Made by a program: the position numbers and the translations under genes. A DNA stretch of 64,000 bases from an uncultured Gemmatimonadaceae bacterium (GTDB lineage: Bacteria; Gemmatimonadota; Gemmatimonadetes; Gemmatimonadales; Gemmatimonadaceae), in the NCBI GenBank assembly GCA_963751275.1, contig CAVVTZ010000006.1, positions 1 through 64,000 of the forward strand, read 5' to 3'. The notes below the pieces were generated by a model. That model did no database searches and was not told where the DNA came from. It saw nothing but the letters and a program-made list of their open reading frames with translations. The stretch's first letter is position 1, and the number at the start of each line of letters is the position of its first letter. Below, in pieces: positions 21,190 through 32,698 of the stretch.

Positions 21190-22723
21190 CTAGAAAGCGA
21201 AGTCGAGCGCGAGCAGCACGCTGCTGCTATTCACAATGGCGGTCGGGTTGAGCGGCGGCGCACCCACGCCATCGCCACTCAACGGGACGCCGCCCACGGT
21301 CCTGCTCAGCGAATACTCAACATGGAAGGCCAGTCCGTCCCGGCTGAACATGAAGGGATACGACCGGAGTCCGATGACGTACTGATCCGTGTTGCCGTAG
21401 TTGCTCGCATTGTCCGGATCGGACTGCTGCGTCATGTGCACCTGTTCATAGCGGCCGATGATGATGAACTGCGAGTTCGGGATATAGTGCACTTCGAGCA
21501 GCGCACCGTTCCATTCGGCGTTCTTCGCGCCGGACGGCACCGCATCGGTGCCCGCCAGCCCGAGTCCGAGATACACGTTGTCGGACGCGTGCATGAATTG
21601 CGGAAGGAATTCGAAGTTCCCGAACCAGAGCTGCGCCGTGGCGCCGATCCGGTAGAAGCTCTTGTTCATCGAGCCGGTGCCGCCGATCACTTCGCCACCG
21701 GACGTCTGGCTGAGCGTCGGATACTGGCCGAGGACGCCGAAGAGGCCGACGCGCTGCGGTCCGAGCGATTTCGACTGCCAGCCCTTGCTCAGCGTGAAGA
21801 CGCCGTCGAGCCCTTGCCCGGTGCCGGGGGGAAGGCCGGGCGTGCCGTCGGCGTCGCTGACGAACGCGACGGTGTAGCGCATCCAGCTGCTCGCGTCGTG
21901 CCCCATCAACTCGATGCCGAGCTGGTTGTCGCCCATGCCGAAGGGATTGGAGTCCCCAATGGGCACGAAGTGGTACTGCGAGTAGAAGGAGCCGTTGTTC
22001 GAGAGTGTCTCGATGCGCTTCTCCGACAGGAGATTGTCGAGCTCGAACTTGCCCATCTTGATGTTGACCCAGCTGCTGCCGACGTTGTCGAAACGCACGA
22101 ACGCCGTCTCGATGCCCATCGTGCCGTCGGGATCGAGCGTCGGCACGAGGCCGAAGGTGATGTTCTTGTAGAGGGTGCCGAGCATCAGGAAGTCGATGCC
22201 CGAGAGATCGAAGCCGGCCTGCGTGATCGTCTTGGAGACGCAGCAGGTGAGTCGGATCACCCGGCGTCGCGTCCACCGGCTGGTTGGTGGTGGTCTCGAT
22301 GTGGTACTGCGGCGTGGTGCGCAGCGAGATCGGCCAGTACGACGGATTCTGCCAGATCGGAGAATCCTTCTCGTTGCCGAGCTGGTAGCCGCGGTCCTTG
22401 AAGGCCTGGCCGAACGGATTGAGCTCGGGCCACGTGGTGTGGCAGGCGGAACAGGGGAGATCGTACTTCCGCGCGAAGGCCGGGATCCGCTTCTTCGCGA
22501 AGTTGGCGAAGGTCTCGCGGCCGGTGGTGGTGGCGGGTGCCGCGCTATTGAGCGAGGCGGTGTAGGCCTTATACGCCGCGTTCAGATCGGGCGACGGCGC
22601 CGGGGCGTCGGTCATCGCGGATGAACTTAGAAAGATCGCCGCGGGGAACAGCAGTGGCCCGAAGATCGCGACAGTCCATCGCCGCCCGCGTACACCCGGC
22701 CGTACGGGTAGCAGATTCGCCAT
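21190..22723 (-). CDS. cyc2: Cyc2-like monoheme cytochrome-porin fusion (frameshift at about 22250)
   Basis: PAFARKYDLPCSACHTTWPELNPFGQAFKDRGY matches the Cyc2 PxFAR[QK][TY]-CxxCH-PxL pattern. The downstream part has alternating beta-strand character and ends LDFAF (terminal Phe). GAGGAGG RBS; about 510 aa when joined. Confidence 0.8.
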
Positions 22724-22811
22724 ATGTCCTCCTCTAGGAGATCACCGCGTATCGTGCGCATCGCCGCGAGACGCGATCGTTCAACGGTCTCGCAACAATT
22801 CGGTCGCGCTA

Positions 22812-22840
22812 TTTGTAGGGAGAATTGCCGATGCTGTCAA
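22812..22840 (-). promoter_or_regulatory. Candidate sigma70 promoter for the cyc2-cox operon
   Basis: Minus strand TTGACA-N17-TACAAA, about 90 nt upstream of the cyc2 ATG. Confidence 0.5.
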
Positions 22841-22948
22841 TGAGGAATCCGAACATTTCACCGCTGCAATGTTCGCGCGGAGATTGGAAATCGCTTATCG
22901 AGCGCCCGGAGTGGCGGTCGGCGTGCCATGAGCGGGATCGCGACGATC

Positions 22949-23723
22949 TCATCGGTAGATCTTCCAGGCCACCTCGCGCGGCAACAGCACGCGCGCCCGG
23001 AGATCGTAGCGCGACTCCGCCCACGCGATGAGTTTCGGCAGCGTCTCGGCTTGCACGGCGGGCGGAACGTTCCAGGTGTACGAGCACTTGCCGGTGACGA
23101 TGCGCGAGAGGAATTCGCCGAGCGTCATGCTGAAATCGCCGGGGAAGCGGCGCTCGGCGGTCCGCTTGAATCCGATCTTCGCGAGTTCCGATCCCACCTG
23201 TTCCTCGGTGCGCGCACCCGGATGGAAGGGATCGACGACGCCCGCCGCTTCGAAGAGTGCGCGCGCCTTCTCGCGCATCTCGAGCCACGCTTCGTCGGGG
23301 GCGCCGTTCCCCCATTCGTGCAGCAGCGGCGCGCCGGGCTTGAGCACGCGGCGGATCTCGGCGAGCACGTCGCGCCAGTCGGGCATCACGTAGAGCACGC
23401 GCGCGATGAGCACGCCGTCGAAGCTCGCATTCGGGAACGGGAGCGGCGATCCGGCCCCGCGCACGACCGTAACGGGCAACGCGCCCGCTTTCTCGCGCAA
23501 CACCTGCAACATCCCGTCCGCGGGCTCGAGCGCGGTGACGTGGAAGCCGAGCGTGGCGAAGGGGATCGCGACACGCCCGGTACCCGCGCCTACTTCGAGG
23601 AGCTCGCTGCCGGCTTTGAGTCCCGCGGCGCCGGCGAGCTCGTTGGCATGCGTGGCAGCTAATTCGCCGTGCCGCGTGTCGTACGACGAAGCCGCGGGCG
23701 AAAAATCGACGCGGAACCGGCAT
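22949..23723 (-). CDS. Class I SAM-dependent methyltransferase
   Basis: LLEVGAGTGRVA, LPFPNASFDGV, EIRRVLKPG. Start uncertain (possible indel near 23715). Confidence 0.85.
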
Positions 23724-23766
23724 TGTCGAAGTGGTCCGCGAGTCCCGCGCCCCGCGCCCCGCGCCG

Positions 23767-24249
23767 TTACTTCGCTCCGATCGGCGCGCCGTCGTTCCGA
23801 ATGTCCACGGCGCAGCGCCACTGACCGTCCGCATCGAGACGCCAGATGGTGACGCCGCGGCCGGCGAAGGTGGCGGTCTTGCCGTCGCCGCCTTTCATGG
23901 TGACGGTCTGCACGGAGGTCATGTAGGCGGTCTTGCCGTCGGGGGAGAAGACGGGATTCTCCGATTTCCAATTGATGCTGAAGCCCGGCAATTTCAGGGC
24001 GCTCTCGACGTAGGCGCGGATCGCGGCCTTGCCGACGTACGACGGCTGGCCGGGGGGAACGACGATGGCATCATCGCTCCAATAGGAGACGATGGAGTCG
24101 ATATTCTTTCCCGCGAAGGCAGTGGCGGCCCAGATGGAGTCGCGGGCGAGGAGTTTTGCGCCGAGGGCGGCGGTGTCGATCGGCGCGGGGGCGGGCGCGG
24201 TGCAGGCGGCGAGGGCGAATACGATCGTGGCGAGGAGTGAGGATCTCAT
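23767..24249 (-). CDS. DUF4440/SnoaL-like lipoprotein
   Basis: LAAC lipobox; YWSDDA..GKAAIRAY..GRGVTIWR..GQWRCAVDI. Confidence 0.85.
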   Translation of the reverse strand: MRSSLLATIVFALAACTAPAPAPIDTAALGAKLLARDSIWAATAFAGKNIDSIVSYWSDDAIVVPPGQPSYVGKAAIRAYVESALKLPGFSINWKSENPVFSPDGKTAYMTSVQTVTMKGGDGKTATFAGRGVTIWRLDADGQWRCAVDIRNDGAPIGAK

Positions 24250-24289
24250 GGAAGGCCTTAGGTGGGAGAGTACAAGGACGAGAGAGATG

Positions 24290-24476
24290 CAGTAGACAGT
24301 AAACAGTGATCCAGAACGGCACGGCAGTCTACAGTCGACAGTCTACAGCCCACAGAAAACAGATCACGAACGGCGTGAGGATCATCGAGGCACTCGTCCA
24401 ACAGTTTTCTGTGGACTGTAGACTGTCGACTGTAGACTGCCGTGCCGTTCTGGATCACTGGTCACTGTTGACTGCA
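24290..24476. repeat. Palindromic repeat family B (CAGTCGA/CAGTCTA heptamers)
   Basis: 57-bp arms 24304-24360 and 24404-24460 with one mismatch. Confidence 0.9.
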
Positions 24477-24514
24477 GCGTTACCGCCACTGGTGATGATG
24501 TTCGCAGTTCGCCT

Positions 24515-27101
24515 TCAAGGTTTCACCACCCGACTCATCCACGAATCCCCATGATACTCCCTCTGCAGCAATGTCGCCCGCTTGAGATCCTGCGACACCG
24601 TGACATCCGCCGCGCGCACGGGAATATTGCCCACCAACTTCATATCGCCCGGCCCGCTCGCTTTGTACAGCGCGATCGTCTCCGCCGTGGGCCAGACATG
24701 CAGGAGGAAGCCGCCGCCCTCGAGCGCCGACACGTCCACGCCCTCCGAGAACGCACCGCCCCAGCGCACCGGCGTGCCTCCGTCCACGGACACGACGGCG
24801 ACGCCGAGCGTATCGAAGGTGCCGTTGTTCCAGCCCGCGATGGCGATGTGTGAGCCGTCGGCGCTCGCGCGGAGGTCGCTCACCTGGCCGAACCATGACG
24901 GCGGCTTGATCTCCTTGGTCGCGCCGCCGCGCAGGATCATCAGGCGGTCGGACGTCGCGGGGATATAGGCCCAACCGTCGGGGAGCGCGATCACGGCACG
25001 GTAGATCGAATCGGGCAGGTCCACCGAGCGCAGCACGGCGCCGCTGCGGACGTCGGTGAGCGCCACGTGCGAACCGGTGGCGTTCTGCGTGCGCACGAGC
25101 AGCGTGACGGAGTCCGCCCAATTCCACGCGACCGGCGTTCCCTGCGTGCTCACGGGCTGCTCGGATCCGCCGTCGAATGGCATGACCGACAGCCGCCGCT
25201 CCAATGCGCCCGTGCTCGACGGCAGGACGCGCATCACGAGGATGCGCGCACCGTTCGGCGCGATGAGCGGGTACACGGTGTTCGAGGACTTCACGAAGCG
25301 CTTCGGCTCGGCGAGGCGGCCCTTGAGCAGGTCCGCGACGTCCAGCGCCCACGCGGAGCTCTCGGTGCTGCCTTCGTCGATCACCATCGATCCGCCGTCG
25401 GCGGTGACGGTGAAGTTATTGAAGCGCCCCGCGTACAGCGTATCCTGCCGCTCGGCGAGACGCCCGTTGGACGGATCGAGTCCCACGCGCACGATCGATT
25501 CGAACCCCTGCCCCGCGCGCGTGAGCCAGAGCGCGCCGTTGCTGAGCACGCCGGGACAGGTGCACGAATTGAGCACCTTGTCCGCCACCTTGCCGCTGCG
25601 GTCGATCACCTGCCAGAGCCCGTGCCCGCGCTGCACGATGAGCGCGCACGATCCAATTGCCGTCGGGGGAGACGCTGAGTCCCGTGATGCCGGTGCCGAG
25701 TCCCGCGACCTTGATGCTGTCGTGCACGATGCCGCTGAGCGACGTGATGCGCACGAAGTGGATGGAGTCGACGTTGGCGGATGGCGGGGTGATGAGCAGC
25801 GAGTCGCCGCCCGCCCAGAAGGTGGCGGTGCCGGGCGTGAGGAACACCGGCGGTCCGCCGAGCGCGGAGACCAGGTAGGCGCCGAAGCGACCGTTGATCG
25901 TGCCGGTGAAGATGAGCCCGCGGCGGTCGCGGCTCCACTCGAGCGCGCTCACGGCGGTGGCCTTGTCGAGGATCCGGTGCGTGCTCGTGCCACCGACATC
26001 CTGCACGTCCAGCGCGTACGTGCACGCGGCCGCGCTGCAGTTCTGCGTCATGATGGCGAGCTGCTTGCCATCGGACGAGATGGCGGAGCCCAGCGTGTTC
26101 CCCGAGAAGGTGAGCTGGGTGCGGTCGCGCAGGGCGAAGTTCGCGCCGTGGCGGCCGAACTTGCCGGTGGCGATGAGCGCGGCGATCGCGACGACCAGCG
26201 CGACCGCGGCGGCGCCGATCGCGATCGTGAGGTTCCGGCCGCGCGGGCTCGGCGCCGGCTCGACGACGGGCTTGAGCTCGAGGGCGCGCGCGAACTCGCC
26301 GGCACTGGGGAAGCGGTCGGCGGGAGTCTTGTCGAGCGCCTTCGCGACGGCGGCGTCCACCGTGACCGGAATCGATTCGCGCACGACGCGCAGATGCGTC
26401 GGGCGTTCCATCATGAGCTTCGCGATCATCGCCTGCGCGCTGGGGCCGGTGACGGGCGGCTCGCCGGCGAGCATCTCGTAGAGCACGGCGGCGAGCGAAT
26501 AGACGTCGCTGCGCGCGTCGAGCGTGCGGTCGCCGGTGGCCTGCTCGGGGGACATGTACTGCGGCGTGCCCAGGGAGAGGCCCGTTTCGGTGAGGCGGTT
26601 GCCGCCGGCTTCCTTCACCGCGAGCGCGATGCCGAAGTCGGCGAGCATCGCCTCCCCTTCCTGCAGCAGGATGTTCTCGGGCTTGATGTCGCGGTGGACG
26701 ACACCGTGGCGGTGCGCGTAGTCGAGCGCGCTGGCGATCTGCTTGGTGATCATGATCGCTTCGTCGAGGCCGAGCTGCTTGTCGCGCTTCAGTTTGTCGC
26801 GGAGGCTCTCCCCGCGCACGTACGGCAATACATAGTAGAAGAACGAATCCGCGACGCCCGAATCGATGAGCGTGAGGATATGCGGATGATCGAGCCGCGC
26901 GGTGATCTTGATCTCGGCGAGGAAGCGGTCGGAGCCGAGGACGGCGCCGAGTTCCGGGCGGAGGATCTTGAGCGCGACCTCGCGTTCGTGCTTGAGGTCG
27001 AAGGCGAGGTAGACCGTGGCCATGCCGCCGGAACCGAGCTCGCGTTCGAGGCGATAGCGATCGGCCAGGGCGGATTGGAGGCGCGGCGGGGCGTCGAGCA
27101 T
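24515..27101 (-). CDS. Ser/Thr protein kinase with a TM helix and C-terminal TolB-like beta-propeller (frameshift at about 25645)
   Basis: ELGSGGMATVYLA, VALK, HRDIKPEN, DFG, GTPQYMSPEQ; SPDG/SSDG propeller repeats. Confidence 0.92.
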
Positions 27102-27190
27102 CGGGCTCCGATAGGGGGTTATGGGCAGAGCAAAGTTAGCCGACCCACACAGAACTTGCGAGCCATTCACGACTGAAGGCGTACGTCGCA

Positions 27191-27429
27191 ACCCGAACGC
27201 CGTGAGGCGTGAGGCGTACGTCGAACCGACTGGACGGCGTGAGGCGAAACCCGAAGGCCGTGAGTCGAGACCCGAAGGCCGTGACTCGCAACCCGAACAC
27301 CGTCCGTAGGGGACTCACGGCCCTCAGGTCGCGACTCACGTAGTCCGGGTCTCGCCTCACGGGGCTCGGGTTTCGCCTCACGCCGTACAGTCCGTTCGAC
27401 GTACGCCTCGCGCCTCACGGTGTTCGGGT
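27191..27429. repeat. Long imperfect palindrome built from 21-nt degenerate units
   Basis: Units such as CCCGAAGGCCGTGAGTCGAGA; the left arm of about 110 nt is mirrored by the right arm. Confidence 0.85.
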
Positions 27430-27465
27430 GACCAATGACGGTGTTCGGGGTTGGTGCGACAACGC

Positions 27466-27525
27466 TTGACAGTGCGCTCGTGAGTCGGTAGTATACCTAG
27501 CCAGCTATACCTAACTACGTGGGTA
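27466..27525 (+). promoter_or_regulatory. Sigma70 promoter and possible PadR operator
   Basis: TTGACA(27466)-N17-TAGTAT(27489), followed by two TATACCTA direct repeats and a TACC..GGTA dyad before padR. Confidence 0.6.
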
Positions 27526-27533
27526 ATGATTTC

Positions 27534-27869
27534 ATGGCCAAGCCGAAGAATGACATCCTGCAGGGCACCCTCGCCCTGATCGTCCTCAAGACCCTCGCCT
27601 CGCGCGGGCCGATGCATGGCTACGCCATCACGCAGCTCATCCAGGAGCGGTCGGCCGAACTGTTGCGGGTGGAGGAAGGGTCGCTCTACCCCGCCCTCCG
27701 GCGCATGGAGGAGGATGGGTGGGTGAAGGGCAAATGGGGGATCACCGACAAGAACCGCAATGCGCGTTTCTACGCCATCACGGCGGCGGGGCGCAAGCAG
27801 CTCGCCGAGGAAGAAGAGAGCTGGCAGCGGCTCACCGCCGGCGTCGCGCGCGTCCTGCGCTTCGCCTAA
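27534..27869 (+). CDS. PadR family regulator (Acidobacterial type)
   Basis: LQGTLALIVLKTL..MHGYAI..EEGSLYPALRRME..GRKQL. Confidence 0.93.
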   Translation: MAKPKNDILQGTLALIVLKTLASRGPMHGYAITQLIQERSAELLRVEEGSLYPALRRMEEDGWVKGKWGITDKNRNARFYAITAAGRKQLAEEEESWQRLTAGVARVLRFA

Positions 27870-27892
27870 GCCCTCGTCACGGAGCACCGGCC

Positions 27893-30581
27893 ATGTCCTG
27901 GTTCAGCCGCATCACCAACGCCCTGCGCGATGAGCGCCTCTCCAAGGAACTCGAGCGCGAGCAGCGGTTCCATCTCGCCGAGCGCACGGACGCACTCATC
28001 GCGCTCGGCATGACGCCGGACGAAGCCGCCCACGAGGCGCGCAAGCAGTTCGGCAATCGCATGGGGCTCAAGGAGCGCGCGCGCGATGCGAGCGTGATCG
28101 GGTGGCTCGACTCCCTGCTCGCTGACGTGCGCTATGCGCTGCGGGGTCTCCTCGCCACGCCCGCCTTCACCGCGGTCGCCGTGCTCTCGCTGGCGCTGGG
28201 CATCGGGGCGAATAGCGCGATCTTCACGCTGGCGAACGCCCTCGTGTTCAAGGTGCTGCCGGTGCGCGACCCCGAGCAGATCCTCGCCGTCATCAAGAGC
28301 GAACCCGGCGACAACGATTTCACGAACCCGATCTGGGAGCAGATCCGCGACCGGAAGGACCTGCTTTGCGGGATCGTTCGCGTACGGCACCGACGAATTC
28401 AACCTCGCGAACGGTGGCGAACAGCGCAGCGTGCCGGGCGCCTGGGTGAGCGGCGATTTCTTCTCCGTGCTCGGCGTGCGTGCGGTGGCCGGCCGGCCAT
28501 TGCTGGTGAGCGACGACGTGCGGGGGTGTGCGCCGATGGCGGTCGTGAGCGCCGGCTTCGCGAAGCGTGAGTACGGAAGCGCGGAAGCCGCGCTCGGACG
28601 GAGCATTTCGCTGAATGGTCACCCCTTCTCGATCGTCGGCGCGATCGACCCTGAATTCTTCGGCATCGACGTCGGACGCACCGTGGACATTTACGCGCCT
28701 CTCTGCGGACAGAGCATCCTCTACGGCGCCGCGAAACTCGACCAACGTAGCAGCTGGTATTTGAATGTTGGCGGCCGTCCGCCTGCGGGCGTGAGCCTCG
28801 CGCAGATGCAAGCGCGCCTCGCCGCGGCGTCACCAGCGATCCTCGCGGCGACGGTTCCTCTGAACTGGTCGGCATCCGGGCGGGCGGGGTACTTCAGAGA
28901 CGAAGCTGAACGTCATCCCGGCCGCGACGGGCTATTCCGGAAACGCGCGACCGGTACCGGGCCGCCCTCTTCACGCTCATGGCGGTGGTTGGCGTGGTAC
29001 TCCTGATCGCGTGCGCCAACATTGCGAACCTGCTCCTGGCGCGCGCCGCAGCGCGCGAGCGCGAGATCGCGATCCGCCTCGCGATCGGTGCTGGACGCGG
29101 ACGCGTCGTGCGGCAACTGCTCACCGAGAGCCTGGTGCTCGCGTTCCTGGGTGCCGGGATCGGGCTGCTGTTCGCCCGAGTGGGCGAGCGGCCTGTTGGT
29201 GGCGTTCATGTCGTCGAGCCGGCGGCCACTCTGGCTCGACCTCTCGCTCGATTGGCGTGTGCTCGGGTTCACGATCGGCGCGCCGCGGTGACCGCCGTGC
29301 TCTTCGGCCTCGTGCCGGCGTGGCGCGCGACGCGCGTCGATCCACAGGCGGCGCTTAAGGCGGGCGGGCGAGGGATGGTGGGCGGGGATTCGCGGCACCG
29401 ACTGGGCAAGGCACTCGTGGTCGCCCAAGTCGCGCTCTCGCTCACACTCGTCGCGGCGGCCGGCCTGCTGGTGAACAGCTTCCGTCGGCTCACGCTCTTC
29501 GATCCGGGCTTCCGGCGCGATGGTGTGCTGATCGCGAGCGTCGATCTCACGAACACGGGACTCAAGGACAATGCGCTCGAGCAGGCCAAGACCGAAATGC
29601 TCCGCCGCGCACGCGCGATTCCCGGCGTCACCAATGCAAGCACCGCACTTCTTACACCGATCGGGAACATGGCGTGGAATGAGTTCATTGTCGTACCGGG
29701 AGTCTCTCCTCGCACACAGAATGACTCACTCGTCTATTTCAATCAGGTGAGCGACGGGTATTTCGCGACGCTCCGCAGCGCGCTCGTCGCCGGTCGTGAT
29801 GTGACGGTGGAGGATGTCGCGCAGAAACGGCGCGTCGCCGTGGTGAACGAGACGATGGCGAAGCGCTGGTACGGCGCATGCGAGCGCGATCGGGCGCACG
29901 TTCCAGCTGACGACATTCGGGCGATACCTTGACGCCCCCGATCGAGGTGGTCGGCGTGGTGCGCGACGCGAAGTATCAGCGACTCGATGAAGACGACGCT
30001 CGCCACGGCCTATGTGCCGTCGAGCCAGGGTGATGCGAATGGGCCTCGGATCCAGCTCGTGATGCGCGGCACAGGCGACCCGAAGGCGCTGATCCCCGCC
30101 GTGCGAAAGTTCGCGGCCGCCGTGAGATCCGAAGGTCTCACTCGATTTCACGACGCTGGAGGCGCAGGTCGATGAGTCGCTCGCGCGACCAAGGCTGCTG
30201 GCGTCGCTGTCGGGGTTCATGGGCGCGCTGGCGTTACTGCTGGCGGTGGTCGGGTTGTACGGCATGATGTCGTATGACGTAAATCGCCGGCGCAATGAGA
30301 TCGGGATCCGGAAGGCGCTCGGCGCGGCGGATTCAGCGTTGTGGCGCATGGTCGTACGCGAGGCGTCGAGATTGATCTTCCTCGGCGTGGTGATCGGCGC
30401 GCTCATCGCGTTCGCGAGCACGCGGCTCATGAATGCATTCCTTTTCGGGCTGACGGCGACGGATCCGGCGACATTCGTGATGGCGGCGGTGGTGCTCGGG
30501 GCGGCGGGGATGATCGCGGCGTTCCTGCCGGCGTGGAGGGCGAGTCGGATGTCGCCTATGGCAGCGTTGCGCGAGGAATGA
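27893..30581 (+). CDS. ADOP-type duplicated ABC (MacB/FtsX) permease (many frameshifts)
   Basis: Prefix domain EARKQFGN; LALGIGANSAIF; LLIACANIANLLLARA; EIAIRLAIGA; EIGIRKALGA; PMAALREE. Confidence 0.9.
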
Positions 30582-30600
30582 GCCTTTAACTGCCCATCAG

Positions 30601-30838
30601 CACCAGACCGGGGAGGTTGCAGCTAACAGCAAACAGTCACGAGTGACTGCCAGTCTACAGTCAACAGTCAACAGCTCACAGAAGTCAGTTCCACTCGCGC
30701 CTTGAGCGCCCGGCGCTGAGTCGGCGCAGAGAACTGCGATGCCGCTGGGGGCGTTCTCTGTGAGCTGTTGACTGTTGACTGTAGACTGGCAGTCACTCGT
30801 GACTGTTGGCGGTTGACTGCAGCCTGCACGGTCTGGTG
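30601..30838. repeat. Palindromic repeat family B
   Basis: AACAGTCACGAGTGACTGCCAGTCTACAGTCAACAGTCAACAGCTCACAGA and its reverse complement, between convergent genes. Confidence 0.88.
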
Positions 30839-30851
30839 ATGAAGTGAGCCG

Positions 30852-31622
30852 TCACTCCCAGCGAAACACTTTCGACGCAATGGCAACACACACAAAGAAC
30901 CCAACCACCAACGCCCCCACATCCCCCGCATGCGCGATCCATCCTTCCCCATTCCATATCCCACTCATCAACGACACCCCATACGTGAGCGGCAGACAAT
31001 ACGCTACGCCCTTCAACCAACCCGGGAACGCCGCGATCGGCGCGAACAGACCCGAGATCGCGATCATGGGATACAACACGATCGCCCCGATCGGCTGCGC
31101 AAAGCGCGCGGTGGGCACCAAGCTCGCGATGAGGAATCCGATCGCGAGAATGCTCCACGTGCTCAGGAGCACCGCGATCCCGAAGCTGACATAGGGGACA
31201 TCCACGTTCGGCGGCAGATAGCGGCGGCCGGCGAGGATCATCAAGCACATCGTCACCGCCGTCAGCAGCAATTTCACCACCACGTGGGCGGTGAGGATCG
31301 TCGCGGGGCGCAGCGGCGTGGCGCGGAGGCGCTTCAGGATGCCACCCTCGCGGTAGATCGAGATGATCGTCACCAGCGAAAGCACGGCGTTGATGGCGAT
31401 GATGACCGCCACGAACACCGGCAGCCCGTTCCGCACGAAGCCCGTCACCGGCGCCTCGTTCGCCGTCGAGATCGCGTTCACCTTCGGCACCACCCGGCTC
31501 AGCACCACGTACGCGGCCACGGGCACGGCGATGCCGCCGATCGCGCCGAGCGGTTCGCGCAGAAAGATCTTGATCTCGAGCCACGTGAGGCGCGGCAGTC
31601 CGCGCAGGATATCGAGTCGCAT
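30852..31622 (-). CDS. ABC-2 type transporter permease
   Basis: YREGGILKRLRATPL, SGLFAP, LPLTY; six TM helices. Confidence 0.9.
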   Translation of the reverse strand: MRLDILRGLPRLTWLEIKIFLREPLGAIGGIAVPVAAYVVLSRVVPKVNAISTANEAPVTGFVRNGLPVFVAVIIAINAVLSLVTIISIYREGGILKRLRATPLRPATILTAHVVVKLLLTAVTMCLMILAGRRYLPPNVDVPYVSFGIAVLLSTWSILAIGFLIASLVPTARFAQPIGAIVLYPMIAISGLFAPIAAFPGWLKGVAYCLPLTYGVSLMSGIWNGEGWIAHAGDVGALVVGFFVCVAIASKVFRWE

Positions 31623-32545
31623 CAATCCTTGATCGAGTGGCCGGTGAGCTTGAGGAACACGTCCTCGAGATTCGGCAGCTCGGTGCGGAATTCCGACACG
31701 CGCATCCCGTTCTCCGAGATGCACTGGATGACATCGGTCACGAGATCGTTCCCCACGCCGCGCACGGTATAGTTCGAGCCGCGCACGACCACCGACTCCA
31801 CGCCGCGCACCGCGCGGAGCCGGTCGGCGGCCCCGGCGTATTCCGTCGTGAGCACCACCGAGCGCTCGGGGCAATGGCGGTCCACGAGATGCGCCGGCGT
31901 ATCCACATCGATGATCCGCCCCTTCTCGAGGATGGCCACCCGGTCGCACAATCGCTCGGCTTCCTCCATGAGATGCGTCGTGAGGAACACCGTCTTGCCG
32001 CGCTCGCGGATGCCGCGCACGAGCTGCCAGATCGCGCGCCGCGCCTGCGGATCGAGCCCGGTGGTGAGTTCGTCGAGGAAGACGACCTCCGGATCGTTCA
32101 CCAGCGCGAGCGCGATGAACAACCGCTGCTTCTGTCCGCCGGACAGTGTCATGAACCAGGCGTCGCGTTTGTCCTCGAGGCCGAGTTGCTCGAGCAGCTT
32201 CTCGCCGGCCGATGCGGGTTTGCGATAGAGCGCGGCCCACAGATGCACCGCCTCCCACACCTTGATGCGCTTCTGCAGCTGCGCCTGCTGCAATTGCACG
32301 CCCACGCGCTCCTGCAGCGCGTACACATCGCGCACCGGATCGAGCCCGAGCACGGAGACCGTGCCGCCCTCGAAGCGTTTGAGCCCTTCGACGCACTCCA
32401 TGGTGGTGGTCTTCCCCGCCCCATTCGGCCCGATCAGCCCGAAGATCTCGCCATCATTGACGGTGAAGGACACGTCGTTGACGGCGAGGAAGCTTCCGTA
32501 GCGCTTTGTGAGGCCCGTGACACTCACTACCGGCGCAGATGGCAT
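31622..32545 (-). CDS. ABC transporter ATP-binding protein
   Basis: GPNGAGKTT, LSGGQ, FLDE, TTH. Confidence 0.95.
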   Translation of the reverse strand: MPSAPVVSVTGLTKRYGSFLAVNDVSFTVNDGEIFGLIGPNGAGKTTTMECVEGLKRFEGGTVSVLGLDPVRDVYALQERVGVQLQQAQLQKRIKVWEAVHLWAALYRKPASAGEKLLEQLGLEDKRDAWFMTLSGGQKQRLFIALALVNDPEVVFLDELTTGLDPQARRAIWQLVRGIRERGKTVFLTTHLMEEAERLCDRVAILEKGRIIDVDTPAHLVDRHCPERSVVLTTEYAGAADRLRAVRGVESVVVRGSNYTVRGVGNDLVTDVIQCISENGMRVSEFRTELPNLEDVFLKLTGHSIKD

Positions 32546-32557
32546 TCAGAGAACATA

Positions 32558-32698
32558 CTACAGACTCGACTGACGGCTGTCGGCTTCGACTGCGAACGCA
32601 TACGGCGACGTCGACTGGCGGCTGCGGCGTCGCTGCTACTGCGCGAGTCGTTGCAAGCGACAGTCGACAGTCGACAGTCGACGTCTGCAGTTCGCAGT
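32558..32698. repeat. Degenerate family B palindrome
   Basis: CAGTCGA x3; ACTGCGAAC...GTTCGCAGT dyad. Confidence 0.6.

Noticed and set aside
24258..24554. Twin small ORFs on opposite strands starting MIQNGTAVYSRQST
   Set aside because: An artefact of translating the two arms of a palindrome.
27191..27429. CRISPR-like or iteron array
   Set aside because: Units are contiguous, degenerate and mirrored; there are no spacers and no rep gene.
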